From Candidatus Bathyarchaeota archaeon (GTDB taxonomy: Archaea; Thermoproteota; Bathyarchaeia; Bathyarchaeales; Bathycorpusculaceae): a stretch of 64,000 nucleotides of DNA. A program made the translations under genes and the position numbers. Positions within the stretch are counted from its first letter, which is position 1. Each line of letters begins with the position of its first letter. The notes below the pieces were generated by a model. The model made no database searches and had not been told where the DNA came from. It was given only the letters and a program-made list of their open reading frames with translations. Shown piece after piece: positions 9,441 to 21,174 of this stretch. The stretch covers positions 2,208,001 to 2,272,000 of the forward strand of contig OY970340.1 in the NCBI GenBank assembly GCA_963717465.1, given 5' to 3'.

Positions 9441-10031
9441 TCACCAATTTTTATTCTTAATTTCAGTTCTCCTAGCTTTTTATCATTTCTTTCTTTATTT
9501 TCCATCACATTGCCTGCATTTTGCGCAATGATGATCTTTGTTATTTGTACAAATGAAGACAACCTATTGTTTTCCGTTTTTTGCACGTTGCATCGACTTC
9601 TAATGCTCTTTTATCTATGATCGTTACCAAATCAATTGAGAAAAACAATTAGAGATGCAATGTCATAAATGCTTCAATCTTAGACAACCGATATTGACCA
9701 TTTGAAAAAGATAAATGCACAATTCAAATCCCCAAGAGGATTTCAAATAGCCATCGAGTTTCTGGAATCTTCGTGACATTAATATTAAAAAAGATTATTT
9801 CCAGTTTATTGCAGATCATTAATTTACATATTCCAAATACGAAAGCCTATAGCATACATCAACATTAAAACTTACTCAACTACTTGATTGTTTGTGCATT
9901 AGAATTTTGGCATTTGCGCATTTTGGGTCCAATTTGACTATAACTTGATAGTTCCTTTATTACTTGTTCGCTTTAATTCCATTGTTTAGTTAATGAGCTT
10001 TTTTAATGATACAATAGAGGAAGTGTTTGCT

Positions 10032-12149
10032 TTATTTTAGTTGTTCTTGCAGTTCTTTAAGTTTTTTGGCGTTTCTTGTTTCTTTGCTTTTTAGCAGGAG
10101 TAAAAAGACGATTATGCCTACCAATGCACAGATGGCTATAATGGCTATTACTTCTATAAACGCAGCGTTCAGTGAGTAATTGCTACTTGCGGCTGTGCTT
10201 GATAATTCGACTCTTAACGAGTTTTCGGTGGGATAAGCTATTGTCCCATTTACTGTCGGGTATCCATCTTTTTTCACGCTATAGCTGTATGTACCTGATG
10301 TGTAGTTTTGAAAACTTACGTAGCCAGATGAATTTGTAACGTCCACTAAGGTTCCATTGATGTACACTTGAGCTGAACTTAATGAGTTTCCATCGCCGTC
10401 TGTTACGTATATGGTTAATGTTCCTGTGGAGTTGCTTGTTGGCTCAGTTGTAGGGGTTGACGTTGGGGTAGGAGTCGGAGTCGAACTTGAGGTTGATAGC
10501 GGGGTGACAGTTATTTGCGTCGTATTTGAGCCATCCAGATATCCTGTTTTTGAGGCAGTGGCTGTAATTGTGCAAGTTGTATTTTGCGCAAAGTTTGCTG
10601 CAGTAAAGTTTGCTTCATAATAGCCATTCCCGAGTTCTACTGGCGATGAGAATGTTCCTCCGTTATCAGACTCAAAGTTGATGGTTGCGCCTGTTACCGT
10701 TGAATTGTTTACAGTTACGTAAACTGTTACGTTTGCATCATCGCCATTGCTAACAATTTGTGGGTCTGCCGTTACGTTTACTTGTAAGGTTGAGTAATCA
10801 ATCAGGTAGGTTGTTACTTGCACTTGAGCTGTTGCATAACCTGCTGCTGAAGCTGTAATCGCAGTCGTACCAGGTGTATTCGTTACATTAAGTTGGCCTA
10901 TGGCTTGAGTGCTGCCAAACGGGATCGTTAATGTCTGGTTCACCTGGCCTACTAAATCGTTTGATGAGAATAGGTTAATAGTTACATCCGTTGATGGATC
11001 TTTTGCTGGCTCGCCTTGAACGTCTTGAAGTTGCACGACGATCGCTTCGTAAGTAGAATTGTCAGATGGCAATGCTGATGGGACGCAGAAAACAGCCAGT
11101 TTCGCCGGAACATAACCAATTGTTGTAATCGTTCCTGAGCCTTCAAGTAAGTTATTGGCCACTGCAGTTATCGTTGTTGTGCCTGCTGTATATGTTGAAT
11201 TTAATGTTGCTATGGCATAAGTTTGGCCTGTAGGAATTGTGATGTTCGAGTCTATGGTTCCAACTGCTGGATTTTGGGACGAAAGAGCAATTGTGACGTT
11301 TGAGGTAGCTGCAGCTATATAGCCTGACGAATCTACAAGTTGGATAGCAATTTGCGGGTACGAGTTTTCGTCTGCCTGGATACTTGTTGAACCCATGTAA
11401 ACATTAATTTGGTAAGGTATTGAACCCAAGTTTTGAGTGGTTACTGTTGTTTGGTAAGTTGTGTATCCTGACGCAACCGCTGTTATCGTGGCAGATTGGG
11501 CAGTAGTCGAGGTAGTAAGAGTTGCAACAGCATAAGTTTGGCCTGCTGGAATTATTACTGAAGAATTGACTGAAACAATGCCCGTATTTGAACTGAAGAG
11601 CATTACAGTTACGCCAGCATCTGGGGCTCTTGCTGGATTGCCGCTTGAATCTTGCAGTTGAACCATTAAGGCGTTATAAGAGTTTCCATCGGCTGGCAGG
11701 ACGGAGGGAAATCCGTACAATACTATTTGGGAGGGCGTGTATCCCTCAGTAGTTATTGATGACTGTACTGTGCTATAGCCTGTTGCTGATGCAGATATTG
11801 TAGTTGTTCCTGGAGTAAATGTTGTGTAGAAATTGGCGTTAACATACGTGTTCCCTTTTGTTATGGTAACTGTCGGGTCTACTGTGCCGTACATGGTGTT
11901 AGATGAATACAAGCTTATTGTCGTGTCCTGAAGCGCTCTTGCAGGGTGACCACTGGAATCTTTCAATTCCACAAAAATGCAACTATACGTGCTATTGTCA
12001 GCTAGCACACTGGTTGGTCCCATAGCAATAGCAAGCTGGGCAGGACTGGCTGTTGTACTTGATCCAACGGTACGGTCAAAAATCGCAAATGCAGATATTA
12101 CAATCATTGAAACCAAAGCTAAAGCTAAATAAATTTTCTTCTTGTTCAT
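10032..12149 (-). CDS. Surface glycoprotein with ~4-5 invasin/intimin-like Ig domains, Pro/Thr linker and C-terminal TM anchor
   Basis: Signal peptide after MNKKK (ATG 12149). Four repeats of AD.SY..I.VQL.D..G.PA...GTTTITA.A.GY. TPTPTPT linker, then TM plus basic tail. Confidence 0.8.
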   Translation of the reverse strand: MNKKKIYLALALVSMIVISAFAIFDRTVGSSTTASPAQLAIAMGPTSVLADNSTYSCIFVELKDSSGHPARALQDTTISLYSSNTMYGTVDPTVTITKGNTYVNANFYTTFTPGTTTISASATGYSTVQSSITTEGYTPSQIVLYGFPSVLPADGNSYNALMVQLQDSSGNPARAPDAGVTVMLFSSNTGIVSVNSSVIIPAGQTYAVATLTTSTTAQSATITAVASGYTTYQTTVTTQNLGSIPYQINVYMGSTSIQADENSYPQIAIQLVDSSGYIAAATSNVTIALSSQNPAVGTIDSNITIPTGQTYAIATLNSTYTAGTTTITAVANNLLEGSGTITTIGYVPAKLAVFCVPSALPSDNSTYEAIVVQLQDVQGEPAKDPSTDVTINLFSSNDLVGQVNQTLTIPFGSTQAIGQLNVTNTPGTTAITASAAGYATAQVQVTTYLIDYSTLQVNVTADPQIVSNGDDANVTVYVTVNNSTVTGATINFESDNGGTFSSPVELGNGYYEANFTAANFAQNTTCTITATASKTGYLDGSNTTQITVTPLSTSSSTPTPTPTSTPTTEPTSNSTGTLTIYVTDGDGNSLSSAQVYINGTLVDVTNSSGYVSFQNYTSGTYSYSVKKDGYPTVNGTIAYPTENSLRVELSSTAASSNYSLNAAFIEVIAIIAICALVGIIVFLLLLKSKETRNAKKLKELQEQLK

Positions 12150-12153
12150 GTTA

Positions 12154-12507
12154 TCAACTTTTATTCTCTTTTTCAGGCTGATTGCCACATACTTGTTGGC
12201 AAAAAGCACAAGTAACGTTCGATAATTCTAAATGGTAATGCGTCTTAGGTTCAACACAGCGTGCAATTTTGCATTCTGTAACCAAGGGAATCCCTTTTTT
12301 TGCCTTCGAACTTGCCTTTGAGCCTAAAATGAAGAAACCGCATTGCCCATTTTTTGCGAAGGCGCAATTTGATTTTTTAATATCTCCGAAAAATGAGGCA
12401 TTTGACAAGATTTCTATTAAGGTTAAAAGTTCTTCTTCATTATGCCGCTCCAGTTTGCAGACTCTTTTATTTAGCTCTTCTAGCGTTATTTCCATCATTT
12501 TCGGCAT
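12154..12507 (-). CDS. Small Cys-rich protein with N-terminal coiled-coil-like segment (putative metal-binding)
   Basis: C-x6-C, C-x4-C, HxH and CxxC in the C-terminal half. Ends 4 bp before the adhesin start, an operon-like arrangement. Confidence 0.6.
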   Translation of the reverse strand: MPKMMEITLEELNKRVCKLERHNEEELLTLIEILSNASFFGDIKKSNCAFAKNGQCGFFILGSKASSKAKKGIPLVTECKIARCVEPKTHYHLELSNVTCAFCQQVCGNQPEKENKS

Positions 12508-12673
12508 CCAATGGTTAATTCCATAAGTTTGCTTATATAGTAAGAAAAAAGGGTGCTGCCTCCAATAGTCGCCGATATCCGCCTAGCTTATTCTTGAGAT
12601 GATTTTTCAGAGAATAAGTTACATTTGAGAATTTTTTTGAAAAATAAGAAGATACCGCAACGCTGTTTTTTTA

Positions 12674-13474
12674 TCAAGTAGCTTTGGAAGAGGCAGACAT
12701 TAGCTTTCTAATTCTTGCTTCGTTAGTGTAAACGGTTCTTTCAGAAATTTTGAATATTTCACCGATTTTTTCTTTGGAGATTTTTATCTTGTTCTTTTTG
12801 CATGAGTTGTAGAAGGCGCCAGCTGCGACGCCGATTGGGTTTCCGCCTGCTCTTTTAAGTTGAAGCAACGTGCTTTCAGCATGTTGAATCAGTTCTTTGT
12901 TTGTCGTAATTTTGCTTGCGTATTCATGCAAATAATTTATGGCTGTTTTTCTTGTAATTCTTATGGGTTCTTGAAGGGCTAATGTTTTCTTTAGCACCCA
13001 TGCTTGTTTCTCGACTATACTGTTGTCTAGGCTGAGTTCTCTGCTTATTTCTTTTAATGAACGATTCTTATTGTACTCTTTAAGAATGAATTGAATTAGT
13101 GCTGCCACAGTGGCTCTTTTGTTTTTTGATAATTTTTGAGATTTGAAAAGTACATTTCTTTGAGTTCTTATTTTTCTAGCAGCCTCTTCTCTGAAAGGAA
13201 AACTTGGGAGGTTTAATTGGCAAGAAACAGATCTAAGTATGGTTAGCCATTCTTTTAGGGTTTCAGAATCGTCTTGTGTCCAGTTTGAATACCACTCCGG
13301 AGACCATTGTCCATCACTTCTTATGGATGGAGCATCATCGATGACAATGCCGCATTTGGAGCAGATTTTTTCTCCTCCAATACCTTCTGGATAAATTATA
13401 GCCCCGTTACATCTATGACATCGCTGATTTTCTAGGCATTCTAGCATGGTTTCATTTACTGTATCGGCTATCAT
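12674..13474 (-). CDS. tfb: Divergent transcription initiation factor IIB (TFB) paralog
   Basis: Zinc ribbon CHRC...EKICSKCGIVID and an SPEW B-reader remnant. Two cyclin-like repeats (ATVAALI...RSLKEIS; GNPIGVAAGAFY...ISKEKIGEIFKISERTV). Confidence 0.8.
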   Translation of the reverse strand: MIADTVNETMLECLENQRCHRCNGAIIYPEGIGGEKICSKCGIVIDDAPSIRSDGQWSPEWYSNWTQDDSETLKEWLTILRSVSCQLNLPSFPFREEAARKIRTQRNVLFKSQKLSKNKRATVAALIQFILKEYNKNRSLKEISRELSLDNSIVEKQAWVLKKTLALQEPIRITRKTAINYLHEYASKITTNKELIQHAESTLLQLKRAGGNPIGVAAGAFYNSCKKNKIKISKEKIGEIFKISERTVYTNEARIRKLMSASSKAT

Positions 13475-13958
13475 AGCAATGCTTGGTTGTTATGAAAATT
13501 TTACATATAACTCTTGAGAAGCAGTAATACAGATATTTGATTTATATTCAATTAATTTTTTTTTCAAAAGTACCAATTGTGCTTTAAATTTTGGAAAAAG
13601 AAAATTTTTGAAAAACAACTTTAATGCGTTAAACGAGAGTTGAAATAAGTTAATAATTATAAAAGCAATCTTGAGAAGACAAAAGTCCCTACTGAATATT
13701 GTTTTGCGATTAAGCATATCATGAATAAAGATGTTGTGCCTGAAGCGCTCCATGGTGGTGTCGAAATGTTTGCAGTCAGATGTTAATTGAGTATGCCGCC
13801 AACTAAACTGGAAAGAATCCTGAGATGCCCTTGCTCGCCAAAACTAACCTATAATTTGACCGGTTGTAAGGGTCTAGTAGTTCATGCAAAGTTGTTAGTT
13901 ACGTGTCTTTTAACTAGAAAAGCCTCATCTCGGATATATTCCGTATTAATATACGTTG

Positions 13959-14013
13959 TTTATAAAGGCTCAGTTGGAATAAATTGTCAAATAAAAATTT
14001 AGCTTGGAGGTGA
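13959..14013 (+). promoter_or_regulatory. Putative TATA box and Shine-Dalgarno for the major pilin
   Basis: TTTATAAA at 13959-13966 and GGAGGTGA at 14006-14013, 9 nt before ATG 14023. Confidence 0.55.
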
Positions 14014-14022
14014 CGATGGAAG

Positions 14023-14478
14023 ATGAATTATAACAGAATACTAAAAAACAGTAAAGGTATTTCCCCAATATTCGCCACCCTTATCCTCATCGCTATTGCT
14101 GTAATCGCTGGAGTAGTTGTCTACATGTTCACCAGCGGAACAGTAGCAACTATGACAAACGGAGGCACAGCAGGACAAGAAAAAGTGACAGTACAAGCCG
14201 CGAGCTATAGTGGTTCCACAGGCAGCCCTGCGAATACTGTAAGCGTAATACTTGAGCAGACTAGTGGTCCAACGGCAACCGTGAACGGGTTGATAATTAA
14301 AGATGCAAATGGAAATACCATTGGTACCGCAACATTGGCCGCCAATGTACCTTTAACGACTGGGACACTTCAAACAATAACTGGAACGATAAGCGGTCTT
14401 AGCTCTTCAACTTACTATACAGTTACTGTGACGACAGCGGCAGGTGGCAGTTTCGTTTCAGGTCAATTCCTAGGTTAA
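14023..14478 (+). CDS. Archaeal type IV pilin (probable major pilin)
   Basis: Class III signal peptide SKG|ISPIFATLILIAIAVIAGVVVYMF, 151 aa, strong SD. Confidence 0.9.
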   Translation: MNYNRILKNSKGISPIFATLILIAIAVIAGVVVYMFTSGTVATMTNGGTAGQEKVTVQAASYSGSTGSPANTVSVILEQTSGPTATVNGLIIKDANGNTIGTATLAANVPLTTGTLQTITGTISGLSSSTYYTVTVTTAAGGSFVSGQFLG

Positions 14479-14599
14479 AAGGGGACGAGACAATGTTTTC
14501 CAATACCCAAATTTTTTAATTTATCGCAATTGTTTAGGCTGCGAGGTACGCACAAGAGGATAAATCAATACTGAAAATAGAGTTAGGTTCGATGCATGG

Positions 14600-15142
14600 A
14601 TGAAAAAAGGTGAAATTCGACGGCTTGGTAAGCGAGCGCTTAGTCCAATATTTGCAACTCTTATACTAGTGGCGATTGTGTTTATTTTTGGCTCTTTAGC
14701 TTATTATTACTCAAGTAATCTTACAACGACGGCTACGAACAATTATGTTAGTTCAGCGTCTACTAGTCAACAATCAGAGGGTGAAAGATTAGCCCTTGAA
14801 AACTTCGCGTATACGCAATCTTCACCCGCAACTTTGACTGTTTATGTTCTCAATTGTGGAATTTCAAACAACTTGCAAATTAACGGTTTGATACTATACA
14901 ATGCTAGTGATACCACTCATACGCCTCTTGCAACTTATTCCAATACTCAATTTATAAGCCCAGGCATGGTTGATCTTAACACTGGAAAAACTATTACCTG
15001 CTTAAATGCGGGTCAAGAAGGGTACTTTACAGTCAGTTTAACAACTTCGCATGGTTCTGTCCCTAACTTGAAAGGATCAATCTGTGAAATACAAATTACA
15101 ACAAAAAGCGGAAGTTCATTTAACTATGAATTTGCACCATAA
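14600..15142 (+). CDS. Archaeal type IV pilin (minor)
   Basis: Class III signal peptide KRA|LSPIFATLILVAIVFIFGSLAYYY, followed by ERL...LTVYVLNCG. Confidence 0.88.
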   Translation: MKKGEIRRLGKRALSPIFATLILVAIVFIFGSLAYYYSSNLTTTATNNYVSSASTSQQSEGERLALENFAYTQSSPATLTVYVLNCGISNNLQINGLILYNASDTTHTPLATYSNTQFISPGMVDLNTGKTITCLNAGQEGYFTVSLTTSHGSVPNLKGSICEIQITTKSGSSFNYEFAP

Positions 15143-18100
15143 ACTACCAAGTAACAAAAAAGGAATTAGCACCATATTCGGTATGATATTTTTCCTACTA
15201 GTGGTAATGCTAGTTTTCGCAAGCATGATGATCCTTCTCAACCAAAACACTTCTGTACAGGATGCAGTAGCGGAGGCAAACCAAGCAGATTTAAACCGGT
15301 ACACAGAAATGACAACCGTATCAATCGTAAACCCTGCATTGGCCACTGGAACCAACGTAGTATACATAAACTGTTTCATCTTGGACACTGGTCAATTACC
15401 CGCTCAACTACTTCGATTATGGGTCAAGGACAACACCACGGGAGCAGTCGCTAATTTAGCTATCTCCCCAGCTATTACCCTGCAACCTGGAGCAGATATA
15501 CAATACTTCAACGCAATCAGTTTGCCTAACGTGGCTTCCACTGACAGTATCAGCTTTTGGTTTGTCACCGCCAGAGGAAACGACATATCAGCATCCCCGA
15601 CAACTAGCCAACTAAATACCTTAACCAACGGGGCATTAGACGGCCAAACGTCTGGTTCCGCCAACGGGAACTAGCACCATAGGCTTTTCACTCACAACTA
15701 AAAATAAGAATGACCTGATTTATTTAGCTGCAATTTATGATGATGGAAACGATGGATACTATGGAAACGGCCCTACTATCACCATTACCTCAACTCCCAG
15801 TCTAGTTTGGACTTCAAGAGATCAATCTGCTTCGGATGCCTATAATGGCTATGGTTATGGTAATAACCAGCAAGGTGATAGCATTGTCCAGACATGGTAC
15901 ACCATAATGCCATCCCCTGGCAACTTAACCATCACCTTACAGGAGAGCAATGTTGACGATAATTACTGGGCGGCAACAGCATTCGCCGTCAGTAACGTCA
16001 ATACAGCTTCACCTTTTGATGTTTCTCCTAAAACTACCACAGATTCCAACAGTCTTACGGCAGAACCAATTATCAGCATAACGACAACAAACACAAATGA
16101 TTTAATAATAGGTGCAGTCGGAATCGATTGGCAAAATCCTATTGTGACACCAGGGTCTGGATTTACGCAAGTAATGGGAGTAACTAGTACAAGCGGCGCC
16201 ACAGGTCTTAGTGAAACCGCAGCTCCCAGAACAATCTGGGTTGAAACTATGAACACAACAACTGTCCAAAACAACTTGCCCGTAAGTTGCACGCTTTCCA
16301 GCAGTTCGGGTCCACTCTCTGTTGCTTGGGCAATAATTGCGGATACAGTAAAATTAAATAGTGGCACTCCTATCACGCTTTCCCCTACGAGTGGTCCTGC
16401 AGGAGAATCAGTTACAGTTACTGGCAGTGGCTATGCAGCCAACTCCAAACTCGTAGCTACCTTTAATGGGTCACCAGTTTCATTCAACGGCACTACCGAC
16501 TCATCAGGCAATATCAAATCCGGCGCCGTCTTCACTGTTCCTGCAGGTTTAGCAGCTGGAAACTATACAGTCACAATTACTGACAGCAGTTTCAATTCTG
16601 CATCAGCTACCTTCACAGTTGTAGCATCTAACATAACTGTGAGTCCGACAAGTGGTCAGTTTGGATCACAAGTTACACTAACAGGTACAAACTATATTTC
16701 AAACGCCAATGTTAATGTCACCTTCGACGGAAACCTTGTGAGCACGAATCCTTCCACAATAACTGCAAACTCATCAGGCGGTTTTTCCGCAACCTTTAAT
16801 GTTCCACTGGATACAACAGGCATCAAATCTGTGGCGGCAACAGACAGCGTTAACACTGCGTATACTAATTTCACTGTTACTCCATCGATTACTTTGAGCC
16901 CAACCAGCGGTTCGGTTGGTTCAACAGTTACTGTTTCAGGGTATGGTTTCGCTGGTTCCGAGTACGTGGCTATTACATACAATGGCGCAACAATTGTAAC
17001 TAACCCTACTAGCGTGCTTACAAACAGCTCAGGCTACTTTAACGCTTCCTTCAGTATACCAACAGGCCAAACAGCAGGAAGCAAAATAGTTACAGTAACT
17101 GATGCCAGTGCAAATACTGCCAGTACAACATTCACCGTAACTCCATCCATTTCTACCTAGCCCGACTATCGGCAATGCTGGTTCAACCGTTACCGTTTCC
17201 GGCAACGGCTTCGCAGCAAACTCAGCACTCACAGCAACCTTTGGAGGAACAACAGTCACGTTAAGCGGCGCAACAAGTACAAACTCCACAGGTTCATTTA
17301 CTAATGCAAATTTCACTATACCAACTACAACAGCAGGAGGATCCCAAACTATAGCAGTCACAGACGCAAGCTCCAACTCTGCCACCGCCACGTACACAGT
17401 AAACACGGTAACCCAAACAATCACAGTTACACTAGCCAATTCTGCTCCAAGCGCCACCGTGACAATTAGCGGCGGTTATCCTACACCTAACACATTCGCG
17501 GCTGATGGAACCCCCTATAAAATAGCCATGGTTGCAGGCGACAACTTTACACTATATTTCACAAACAGCGGCACTACTCGAGATGGCTTTATCGTATTAA
17601 ACGTTTTTTCTGCTAATTCAAGCCAATACTACGCAAGTTCTACTGCCATTTCTATTACTGCTTACGAACAGGTCCAAAATACTTTCAGCGTCACATTCAA
17701 CGGCGGCTCTCCTACAAGCAGCGATTCTCTCAAATTAACGGGCACTTATCTAGGTACAAGCTCGGCAACTATTGCAACTCTTACTTCCACTAATAATTGG
17801 AGCAACTCTACCTGGAGCGATTACAACACGGCTGTCACTTTCCCAGCTACAACGAGTCTGAGCAATTCAACTATACAATGGATTCTAAACGGTGGCGCAT
17901 ACACTACAAGCGCATTAACCGCTGGCGGAAATACTTACCCTAAACTTTATTATCACCAGTATTTGATTACTTTCCAGTACTCTGTTTCTGGCGGTGGCTC
18001 ACCAACTGCACCTGCCGTGACTTACACTCAGTTCGGCATTAGCGGCAATACAGTAAATGCTACAACAACTGGTGGCTCAGGCGTCTGGGTCGATGCCGCC

Positions 18101-20737
18101 TCAACGTACACTTATACTAACCCACTTTTAGGATCAGGCTCCAGCGAACGATGGGACACCAGCAGCGCAACAGGAACCGCAAGCGCCACAGGCACAATAA
18201 TCGAGCCCTACTATAACCAGTTTAGTGTTACGTTTGGTTATGGTGACCAAGACTCGAGCACGATAACAAGCGGCAGCCAGATCGGCTCATACTACCAGTT
18301 CGGCGCATCCATAGCCATTAACGCAGGATCTTCCTATGGAGTTACGAGCCCTGCTTCTGCATGGGTTGATGCCGGCAGCAATATGGTTAGTTATCAGACT
18401 TTCACTTCTGGCTCCCAAAGATGGGCCCTATCATCATCACCCGCAACCTTCACAGTAAGCTCCTCAACAACAATCTCCGACACCAACTTCTACCACCAAT
18501 ACAACGTTCCATTCGCCTACACAACCAACGACGGCTCAACCATTAAGAGCCAAACAAACCTGGTTGCCTACACGCAATTCGGCAACGTATTACATCTGTC
18601 CACTAACTCAGCAGGTACGCTTTCCCTTTCCAGTGACTGGGCTGACGCTGGCACCTCCATTACTTACGTTTCGCCCATTTCAATCTCAGGCACCGAGAGG
18701 TACATAATTGCATCAAGCGACAGCGGCATTCACACGGTGATTTCATCCGTTGCTTCCGGCGCAAATGCTAATCCCACATATTATCATCAGTTTACGGTTA
18801 CGTTTGGTTATGGTGACCAAGACTCGAGCACGATAACAAGCGGCAGCCAGATCGGCTCATACTACCAGTTCGGCGCATCCATAGCCATTAACGCAGGATC
18901 TTCCTATGGAGTTACGAGCCCTGCTTCTGCATGGGTTGATGCCGGCAGCAATATGGTTAGTTATCAGACTTTCACTTCTGGCTCCCAAAGATGGGCCCTA
19001 TCATCATCACCCGCAACCTTCACAGTAAGCTCCTCAACAACAATCTCCGACACCAACTTCTACCACCAATACACGGTTACGTTTGGTTATGGTGACCAAG
19101 ACTCGAGCACGATAACAAGCGGCAGCCAGATCGGCTCATACTACCAGTTCGGCGCATCCATAGCCATTAACGCAGGATCTTCCTATGGAGTTACGAGCCC
19201 TGCTTCTGCATGGGTTGATGCCGGCAGTGGTAAAGTCACGTACCAGACTTTCACTTCTGGCTCCCAAAGATGGGCCCTATCATCATCACCCGCAACCTTC
19301 ACAGTAAGCTCCTCAACAACAATCTCCGACACCAACTTCTACCACCAATACAACGTTCCATTCGCCTACACAACCAACGACGGCTCAACCATTAAGAGCC
19401 AAACAAACCTGGTTGCCTACACGCAATTCGGCAACGTATTACATCTGTCCACTAACTCAGCAGGTACGCTTTCCCTTTCCAGTGACTGGGCTGACGCTGG
19501 CACCTCCATTACTTACGTTTCGCCCATTTCAATCTCAGGCACCGAGAGGTACATAATTGCATCAAGCGACAGCGGCATTCACACGGTGATTTCATCCGTT
19601 GCTTCCGGCGCAAATGCTAATCCCACATATTATCATCAGTTTACGGTTACGTTTGGTTATGGTGACCAAGACTCGAGCACGATAACAAGCGGCAGCCAGA
19701 TCGGCTCATACTACCAGTTCGGCGCATCCATAGCCATTAACGCAGGATCTTCCTATGGAGTTACGAGCCCTGCTTCTGCATGGGTTGATGCCGGCAGCAA
19801 TATGGTTAGTTATCAGACTTTCACTTCTGGCTCCCAAAGATGGGCCCTATCATCATCACCCGCAACCTTCACAGTAAGCTCCTCAACAACAATCTCCGAC
19901 ACCAACTTCTACCACCAATACACGGTTACGTTTGGTTATGGTGACCAAGACTCGAGCACGATAACAAGCGGCAGCCAGATCGGCTCATACTACCAGTTCG
20001 GCGCATCCATAGCCATTAACGCAGGATCTTCCTATGGAGTTACGAGCCCTGCTTCTGCATGGGTTGATGCCGGCAGTGGTAAAGTCACGTACCAGACTTT
20101 CACTTCTGGCTCCCAAAGATGGGCCCTATCATCATCACCCGCAACCTTCACAGTAAGCTCCTCAACAACAATCTCCGACACCAACTTCTACCACCAATAC
20201 AACGTTCCATTCGCCTACACAACCAACGACGGCTCAACCATTAAGAGCCAAACAAACCTGGTTGCCTACACGCAATTCGGCAACGTATTACATCTGTCCA
20301 CTAACTCAGCAGGCGCACTTTCCTTGTCGAGCGACTGGGCTGACGCTAGTACTTCTGTTAGTTATGTTTCACCTATCGCGATTTCAGGAAGCGAGAGATA
20401 CATGATTGCGTCAGGCGACAGTGGCACTCATACAGTGATTTCATCCGTTGCTTCTGGTGCTAGTGCTGACCCTGAGTATTATCACCAATACCAACTAACC
20501 GTTACTGCAACAACAGGGTATACGGGCGGGACTTTCAGAATAACGTATACAGAGTTCGGGACGACGTATACAAACCAGCAGGAGACCACAACATGGTCTT
20601 CATGGGCTGACGCTGGAACAACGGCAACTGCTAGCAGTGCACAAAGTAGAGTAAACGGAGTCTATTTCACAGGTTATACGCCGTCATCTGGCTCAGTAAC
20701 TATGAATCAAGCTCAGACAATAACACTAAACTACTAA
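15126..20737 (+). CDS. Giant type IV pilin-adhesin, ~1869 aa, split by two +1 frameshifts in this sequence
   Basis: KKG|ISTIFGMIFFLL signal. The frame continues after an extra G near 15667 (SANG-TSTIGF...TWYTIMPSPG) and an extra base near 17158 (PSIS-SPTIGNAGSTVTVSGNGF...ATVTISGG). This joins ORFs 15084, 15907 and 17459. Four IPT/TIG-like repeats and tandem Ig-like modules; no C-terminal TM. Confidence 0.8.
18227..20490 (+). repeat. Intragenic higher-order tandem array A-B-A-A'-B-A-A'-B' (A 279 bp, B 291 bp, period 849 bp)
   Basis: B starts at 18502, 19351 and 20200. A starts near 18227, 18797, 19076, 19646 and 19925. Copies are nearly nucleotide-identical. Confidence 0.95.
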
Positions 20738-20755
20738 AGACTAAGTTCAACAGTC

Positions 20756-20763
20756 TTTTTTTT
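20756..20763 (+). terminator. Oligo-T (T8) putative archaeal intrinsic terminator of the pilin operon
   Basis: T8 run 18 nt after the stop at 20737. Confidence 0.4.
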
Positions 20764-21174
20764 AATATTTTAAAACTTTAAAGGCCGGCTACTATCTTTT
20801 CTTTATACCAAGATTAAACTTTGGCCTCAGCCAGTAGGCTAAGTACTCTGACTTGGCAAGTCTTGTCACAGCAATTAAGACCATGAATTCGTTGTGGTTA
20901 AAGTTTTTCTTAATTCAAAAAGTATGATACCCAGGAACGTATTCAATTTACAGACTGCTTACTGTATAGAAAGTTCAACAAGCGAATAAGAATAAGAAAA
21001 TAAAAAAAGAAAATCACAAAAAAACATGAATTAATTTGTGGATTTTAATGTTTACCCATTCAAAGCCGCCAAGTTTGAGGGATAGGGGCTGGATTAAAGA
21101 AAGAATTAGAGCTGCACTATCTTGGTACCATTCTATCAATTATTACAATATAAGCAAGGTTGAATAGATGCATA

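Noticed and set aside
13490..14002. ORFs 13490-13753 and 13787-14002
   Set aside because: No recognisable features; they occupy the divergent tfb-pilin promoter region.
18227..20490. Diversity-generating retroelement TR/VR pair
   Set aside because: No reverse transcriptase in the window. Copies are identical or differ in patches that are not adenine-specific.
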